DNA from: Hyphomicrobiales bacterium
Lineage (GTDB): Bacteria > Pseudomonadota > Alphaproteobacteria > Rhizobiales > JACESI01
Length of the DNA stretch: 64,000 bases
Assembly (NCBI GenBank): GCA_039964305.1
Contig: JBDVXS010000100.1
Span: 4,924 to 68,923 of the forward strand
Direction of reading: 5' to 3'
In this document: positions 58,765 through 64,000 of the stretch, in pieces
Position numbering within the stretch: position 1 is the first letter of the stretch
Layout: every line of letters begins with the position of its first letter
Notes under the pieces: model-generated
Seen by the model: the letters and a program-made list of their open reading frames with translations, nothing else
The model's database searches: none
What the model was told of the DNA's origin: nothing
Position numbers and translations under genes: made by a program

Positions 58765-59694
58765 TTAGCCTCGGCGTGACGCACGGCCACCGCGACGACG
58801 CCCACCACCAGCACCTGCGCCTGCTTCGGCACCAGGCGTTGGCTCACGGTAGGTCGCAATCCAATTTGCACAATGCTCATCTGTCGACATCAACACATTT
58901 GCTGCACGCACCATTTCCATCTCTTGCGGACGGCATGGGTTCATAATGGCGGATGTCATGCCAGAGGCGATTGCCATCGGCAAGAAGGCAGCATTGATGC
59001 CGTGACGGTGTGGCAGACCGAATGACACATTTGATGCGCCACACGTTGTATTCACACCCAGCTCTTCGCGCAAACGACGCACAAGGGCAAACACCTGAAG
59101 GCCAGCCGTTCCCATCGCGCCAATCGGCATAACAAGAGGGTCGACAACGATGTCATGGGGAGGAATGCCATAATCGGCAGCATGCTCGACAATTTTTTTT
59201 GCAACCTCAAAACGCACATCAGGGTCTTCTGAAATGCCTGTCTCGTCATTAGAAATGGCAACCACTGGCACGTTGTACTTCTTGATAAGCGGAAGGATCT
59301 CTTCAAGCTTTTCAGTTTCACCTGTCACAGAGTTCACCAAAGGGCGACCTTCTGTTACAGCCAAGCCTGCTTCAAGGGCGGATGAAACGGAGCTATCAAT
59401 ACAAATTGGAACATCAACCAAGCTTTGTACAAGCTTCAAGGTTTCAACAAGCAGTGGCGGCTCGGTTGTGTTGGGATCAACGGCGGTAACGCCTGCGTTT
59501 ACATCCAACATGGTCGCACCAGCAGCAACTTGCTCCAATGCGTCTTTTGTCACGGTATCAAAGTTACCAGCCTGCATTTCAGCAGCTAGCTTTTTGCGGC
59601 CTGTTGGGTTGATGCGCTCACCGATGACGCAAAATGGTTCATCGAACCCAATATAAGATTCTTTGGTTTTAGAAGCGACGAGAGTGCGCGTCAT
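58765..59694 (-). CDS. Methyltetrahydrofolate:corrinoid methyltransferase (pterin-binding domain)
   Basis: IGERINPTGRK, LDVNAG, IDSS, VNSV, GASNVSFGLP. Confidence 0.92.
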   Translation of the reverse strand: MTRTLVASKTKESYIGFDEPFCVIGERINPTGRKKLAAEMQAGNFDTVTKDALEQVAAGATMLDVNAGVTAVDPNTTEPPLLVETLKLVQSLVDVPICIDSSVSSALEAGLAVTEGRPLVNSVTGETEKLEEILPLIKKYNVPVVAISNDETGISEDPDVRFEVAKKIVEHAADYGIPPHDIVVDPLVMPIGAMGTAGLQVFALVRRLREELGVNTTCGASNVSFGLPHRHGINAAFLPMAIASGMTSAIMNPCRPQEMEMVRAANVLMSTDEHCANWIATYREPTPGAEAGAGAGGGRRRGGRASRRG

Positions 59695-59798
59695 TTGATG
59701 TTCCTTAAGTGTGACTGCTCTCTAGCACCAGACACAGGAAGAGCGTCTGGGCAAAAGCATGACCAAAATTCTAAACAAGAAGGGAGGTGTGGGCAGCG

Positions 59799-60728
59799 TT
59801 AAAGCTGATTCACATCTTTCTCATTATCATATAAAGATATGTTTATATCCCATGAGCCGCGTTCTACAAGCCATTCGGACGATTTTTTTAGCCCTCCGAA
59901 CGGAAAAACGTGCATTTGGGCGAGTGGACCCTCAGAATTCTCCTGCCAAAACGCCTCAATCGGCTCAACAACTGGTTCTGGAGAGTGTGATGTTGCAAGG
60001 GCTGTCAGGGCGCCTGCACGCTTTTTGAGGAAGGTGAGGGAGTTGCCCACACCACTCATGGCAGCGAATTTGATAAGGGTCGTAATCTTTGCAGGGCCAG
60101 CAACACCAAGATGGATTGGTAGGTCAATGCCCATGGCTTTCACATGCCAAGCCCAGTTTGCAAAAGCTTCGCCGTCAAAACCGAACTGTGTGACGATACG
60201 CAAAGCGGCGTCGGTTTCGCTTTGAAACTCTGCCTTCTCGCGCAAGATATTATAGACTTCACCTTCAGGGGCAGATGGATTGCCTTCAGGGTGACCTGCA
60301 ACGCCCATGCCCTTAATGCCGTATCGATCAAAAACGCCTGTCCGCATCACTTCAATAGCAGATGAATAAGGACCCATTTGGCGGTTTGCTTCACCAGCAA
60401 TAACCAGCACATCATCAAGACCACCCACTTCTGTGAGGCGCTTAATGTGGCTTTCTAATTCGTCTTCTGAAGCCAGACGGCGCGCGGCGATGTGTTGAAC
60501 GGGCTTATAGCCTGCATCCACAAGGCGCTTTGACACTTCTGCCAGCTGCTCGTGGCTATGCGTGCCAATGTCTGTCACATAAGTGCGCGTACCTGCTGGG
60601 AAAAGGCCGATATATTCGTCCTTTTCGAGGATGTGTTTTGGGGACACTTCAATAGAGGCGGGGATATGGGCATTAGCAGCGCTCATTGGTGTCTCCGCGT
60701 TCAACATGTCAGCCGTCTTGTGGGCCAT
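59799..60728 (-). CDS. metF: Methylenetetrahydrofolate reductase-like flavoprotein
   Basis: SIEVSP, HIAARR, GVAGHPEG, IVTQFGFD, HVFPFGG; GGAGG SD before MAHK. Confidence 0.82.
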   Translation of the reverse strand: MAHKTADMLNAETPMSAANAHIPASIEVSPKHILEKDEYIGLFPAGTRTYVTDIGTHSHEQLAEVSKRLVDAGYKPVQHIAARRLASEDELESHIKRLTEVGGLDDVLVIAGEANRQMGPYSSAIEVMRTGVFDRYGIKGMGVAGHPEGNPSAPEGEVYNILREKAEFQSETDAALRIVTQFGFDGEAFANWAWHVKAMGIDLPIHLGVAGPAKITTLIKFAAMSGVGNSLTFLKKRAGALTALATSHSPEPVVEPIEAFWQENSEGPLAQMHVFPFGGLKKSSEWLVERGSWDINISLYDNEKDVNQL

Positions 60729-61038
60729 CCTCAAATCCTCCAGCATGAACGAGATTTTTCACCCGTTCCTTGGTGTAGGCAGCTTCCAATTCGGCAGCTG
60801 CCTGTTCTGCTTCGGCTTCGAGGTCTTCTCCACAGGGAATAGGATCACTCTTGCGCCATTGCTCTAAATAAGCATCAGATTGATCGAGACCAGTGCGCAT
60901 CGCGCAAGCGTCAATCGCCGTGATGAAACGTTTATCGAGTTCGCGCTTTGCTGTTGTCCGCCCAGCCTTGCAAATAACTTGCGCTGGGATATCCCGCCAA
61001 TAGACAATGTGTTTTTGAGCGGCTTTAGAACGTGGCAT
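60709..61038 (-). CDS. Virulence_fact family small protein
   Basis: IVYWRDIPAQV...RF..AID..AM...DAYL.QWR signature; coupled to metF. Confidence 0.85.
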   Translation of the reverse strand: MPRSKAAQKHIVYWRDIPAQVICKAGRTTAKRELDKRFITAIDACAMRTGLDQSDAYLEQWRKSDPIPCGEDLEAEAEQAAAELEAAYTKERVKNLVHAGGFEDGPQDG

Positions 61039-61175
61039 AGTGTTTCCTCTTGGGCTTGAAGGTGATCGTTATTCGCTAAACACGATGATTTGCCCGCGAC
61101 TTGTCAATGTCGGATTTAGGCTTGTTTGTGGGAAACTTGGTCTAATGCTTAATGAAGGCACGGAATACTTAGGGG

Positions 61176-61868
61176 TTAAGCCTTTAAATGAGAAAGGCTG
61201 TTCGCCAAATCACCATAACCTGTTGCGCGATATTCAAAGTCGAGTTTCAACCGCTCAGCAATCTCTTTTGCCCGCTTTAAGAGCGCCTCATCCTCGATTT
61301 GCGCGAGATAGACGACCTTTTCATAAGCACCGAAATACATGTCTAGCAGTTCGGGATGTTTTTCCATACCAAGCGGACCCCAAGTGAGGCCATCGAAGTG
61401 GCGGGCTAGGAAGTCGGTTAGGAAGAAAGCGCGCATGTCTTCTTCTTCGCGCTCTTTGAAATCATCAACGCCCGAAAAGAACGCATAACAATGCGCACCG
61501 GGCAGGCGGTCAACGTTTTCACGCTCTAGCAATGCATCAAGTTGCCCCCCGGTGCCGCAATCAGCATATCCGCAATAGATATGTTGAAACCCAGCATCAC
61601 GCGCATCGGCAATGGCGCGTTCCACGGCGGGCGTAATTGCTTGCGGTTCGTTATGAAGTTTTGCGGGAAGGCAGGTCAGCGAGATGTGGTCGAGGTTATT
61701 TAACTTAACAACATCAAGTATTTCGTGTGCCAAAGCACCACAGGCGATAACGCAGACAGCTTCTGCGTTTACGGGTTTTGTGTAATTGGGCGCGCCTTTT
61801 TCAACGAGCGGCTCAACAGACGAGACTTCTTGAAGTCTCGCCGATCTGCCACCTCGTCGTTTAGACAT
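61176..61868 (-). CDS. DUF1638 domain protein
   Basis: IACGAL, CLPAKLHN.P, YADCGTGG, HCYAFF, FFLTDFL. Confidence 0.9.
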   Translation of the reverse strand: MSKRRGGRSARLQEVSSVEPLVEKGAPNYTKPVNAEAVCVIACGALAHEILDVVKLNNLDHISLTCLPAKLHNEPQAITPAVERAIADARDAGFQHIYCGYADCGTGGQLDALLERENVDRLPGAHCYAFFSGVDDFKEREEEDMRAFFLTDFLARHFDGLTWGPLGMEKHPELLDMYFGAYEKVVYLAQIEDEALLKRAKEIAERLKLDFEYRATGYGDLANSLSHLKA

Positions 61869-61882
61869 GACGTGTGCCGCCT

Positions 61883-62578
61883 TTAAGCGCGCTGGTTGTG
61901 GCGACGTGCGATCATCTCTGATGCTTTTTCAACAGTCACCGCCGCATCGCGACAATAAGAATCGGCACCAATCGCGTCACCAAACTCTTCGTTGAGTGGC
62001 GCACCACCAACAAGAACGATGTATTTATCGCGGAGTTCTTTTTCTTTCAGCTGATCAATCACAACCTTCATGTAAGGCATTGTGGTTGTAAGCAGCGCCG
62101 ACATCCCAAGGATATCTGGCTCATGTTCTTCAAGAGCTGCCAGAAATTCGTCCGCATCAGTGTTGATGCCAAGGTCATGGACATCAAAGCCCGCGCCTTC
62201 CATCATCATCCCAACAAGGTTTTTACCAATGTCGTGAATGTCGCCTTTAACGGTGCCAATAACCATAGAGCCAAGCTTCGGCGCACCTGTTTCAGCAAGG
62301 AGTGGGCGCAAGATAACCATGCCAGCCTTCATCGCATTGGCAGCAAGAAGAACCTCAGGCACAAACAAAATGCCGTCACGAAAATCAACACCGACAATAC
62401 GCATGCCTTCAACCAGCGACTTGGTCAAAATATCATAAGGTGTCCACTTGCGTTCAAGCAGGATTTCAACCGCCTCAACAATCTCTTCTTTCAGACCATC
62501 ATAAAGGTCATCCATCATCTGAGCGACAAGATCGTCATCGTTCAATTCGGATAAGATGATTTCTTCTTCATCGGACAT
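61883..62578 (-). CDS. Stand-alone cobalamin-binding (corrinoid) protein
   Basis: FVPEVL, GTVKGDIHDIGKNLV (DxHxxG), SALLTTT, GGAP. Confidence 0.95.
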   Translation of the reverse strand: MSDEEEIILSELNDDDLVAQMMDDLYDGLKEEIVEAVEILLERKWTPYDILTKSLVEGMRIVGVDFRDGILFVPEVLLAANAMKAGMVILRPLLAETGAPKLGSMVIGTVKGDIHDIGKNLVGMMMEGAGFDVHDLGINTDADEFLAALEEHEPDILGMSALLTTTMPYMKVVIDQLKEKELRDKYIVLVGGAPLNEEFGDAIGADSYCRDAAVTVEKASEMIARRHNQRA

Positions 62579-62798
62579 TCAAAAATTCCTTACAAGCTAC
62601 AGGCTAAATGTTTTAGCTCATTCGACGCTACGGTAAATACCTTAATATTGAATTTGCCATAAGAAATACGCAAGCGGCGTCAAAAACAGGGCGCAAACAA
62701 GCCATTCAATAAAAAAATCTCATTCTATTTACAATACAGAAGATTAATTGATGCTATTTCTTTTTGTGCATCAGCGATGAACGAGGACATTTTTAGCG

Positions 62799-64000
62799 AT
62801 GAGTACGAGCGAAACGGAAGAAAATCAGGGTGGACGCAGCAGGCGTGCGGGCCGTGGTGGCGGTCGCGACGCACGGCGGGCTAAACGCGGTGGTACAGCC
62901 AGCGTCAAGCTTCCGTATATCCAGCGCAAACTCAAACCTTTTGAAGTGTTTGATGATGAAATGGCCGAAAAGATTGAAGCGAATGCTGATGTCATTTTGG
63001 AAGAAATAGGCATTGAGTTTCGTGATGACCCTGAAGCGATAGCTATGTGGCGTGAAGCGGGCGCTGATATTGATGGCGAACGGGTGCGTTTTCCTAAAGG
63101 TATGTTGCGTGAACTTATCAAGACAGCGCCACGTGAATTTACACAGCACGCCAGAAATCCAGCACGTTCCGTGCAAATTGGTGGCAACAATACAGTGTTT
63201 GCCCCTGTTTATGGCCCTCCTTTCGTGCGCACACTGGAAGGTGAGCGCCGTTATGCGACGATTGAAGATTTTCGCAGTTTCGTAAAGCTCGCCTATCTGG
63301 CGCCGGCTATGCACCATTCGGGTGGCACGGTCTGTGAGCCTGTCGACATTCCTGTCAATAAACGTCACCTCGATATGGTCTATAGCCATATCCGCTATTC
63401 TGACATGCCCTTTATGGGGTCGGTCACGGCACCTGAGCGGGCGCAAGATTCGGTTGATATGGCCAAGATCGTTTTTGGCGACGATTTTGTTGATCAAAAC
63501 TGTGTTTTATTGAATCTCATCAACGTCAATTCACCAATGACTTATGATGACACCATGTTGGGTGCGGCCAAAGTTTATGCCCGTAACAATCAAGCGTGCA
63601 TCATCTCGCCGTTCATTTTGGCAGGTGCCATGTCTCCTGTGACGGTTGCTGCGACACTTTCACAAATTCTGGCTGAAGCAATGGCTGGTATTGCGTTTAC
63701 GCAGTTGTGTCGTCCAGGTGCCCCAGTTTTGTTCGGCACATTTGCTAGTTCCATCTCCATGCAATCAGGCGCGCCAACATTTGGCACGCCAGAGCCAGCC
63801 TTGGTGCTTTATGGTGCGGCTCAACTGGCACGACGCTTAGGCGTTCCGTTCCGTTCTGGTGGTTCACTGTGTGGTTCTAAAGTAGTTGATGCACAGGCAG
63901 CCTATGAGAGCGCACAGACCATCACACCAACGGTTATGGGGGGCGTGAATTTCGCACTCCATTCAGCCGGTTGGTTAGAAGGTGGCCTTGTGTCGTCTTT
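62799..64000 (+). CDS. Non-pyrrolysine MttB-superfamily methyltransferase (MtgB-like), truncated by window end and absent from the ORF track
   Basis: Own translation from ATG 62799: MSTSETEENQGGRSRR...ILEEIGIEF...FAPVYGPPFV...SGGTVCEPVD...NSPM...PFILAGAMSP...GAPTFGTPE...RSGGSLCGSK...DAQAAYES; Leu (CTG 63867) at the Pyl-equivalent site. Confidence 0.93.
   Translation, partial: MSTSETEENQGGRSRRAGRGGGRDARRAKRGGTASVKLPYIQRKLKPFEVFDDEMAEKIEANADVILEEIGIEFRDDPEAIAMWREAGADIDGERVRFPKGMLRELIKTAPREFTQHARNPARSVQIGGNNTVFAPVYGPPFVRTLEGERRYATIEDFRSFVKLAYLAPAMHHSGGTVCEPVDIPVNKRHLDMVYSHIRYSDMPFMGSVTAPERAQDSVDMAKIVFGDDFVDQNCVLLNLINVNSPMTYDDTMLGAAKVYARNNQACIISPFILAGAMSPVTVAATLSQILAEAMAGIAFTQLCRPGAPVLFGTFASSISMQSGAPTFGTPEPALVLYGAAQLARRLGVPFRSGGSLCGSKVVDAQAAYESAQTITPTVMGGVNFALHSAGWLEGGLVSS

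Noticed and set aside
62579-62798. Cobalamin riboswitch in the corrinoid/mttB spacer
   Set aside because: AT-rich spacer with no recognisable B12-box or GGGAA/GCCCCCGC core
61833-62894. RR-containing N-termini as Tat signal peptides
   Set aside because: No hydrophobic h-region or cleavage site, and the same motif occurs at C-termini of other proteins
62793-63497. 234-aa minus-strand ORF and similar long antisense ORFs (33894-34502, 24357-24963)
   Set aside because: Shadow ORFs opposite well-supported genes (mttB, pepN, degP)
63840-63881. Possible pyrrolysine readthrough in the MttB gene
   Set aside because: The equivalent codon is CTG (Leu) and no in-frame TAG was seen in the visible part
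1-64000. tRNA, rRNA, CRISPR arrays, IS elements, defence systems
   Set aside because: No such signatures were recognised by eye; a dedicated scan was not possible

Overview
Core chromosomal region of an alphaproteobacterium; gene order points to Hyphomicrobiales/Rhizobiales. It holds the end of an Mrp/Mnh Na+/H+ antiporter operon, then mucR-gafY-gafZ-sufE-divJ, envelope and polar genes (PBP1A, DUF2336, DUF1214, YcgN), feuNPQ, degP with a two-component system, glnE, pleC, pepN and a GH63-like hydrolase. A large methylated-glycine/C1 region follows: folD, dimethylglycine dehydrogenase, PPi-PFK, a GlxA/GbdR-type regulator, soxBDAG and a corrinoid methyltransferase module ending in a non-pyrrolysine MttB-family gene. 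Two signals stand out. (1) Between ycgN and feuN, where relatives usually carry a gene transfer agent (GTA) cluster, only about 750 bp remain: a consensus promoter, a terminase-like N-terminal stub joined to a holin C-terminal stub, and an apparently intact overlapped spanin pair, while the GTA activators gafYZ are still intact. (2) Four different proteins of the corrinoid module carry a near-identical terminal Arg/Gly motif (RRGGR-x-[AS]RR-like), while the corrinoid protein has a very acidic N-terminus, suggesting an undescribed docking code. No rRNA, tRNA, CRISPR array or transposase was recognised. All family calls come from motif recognition by eye and were not database-verified.
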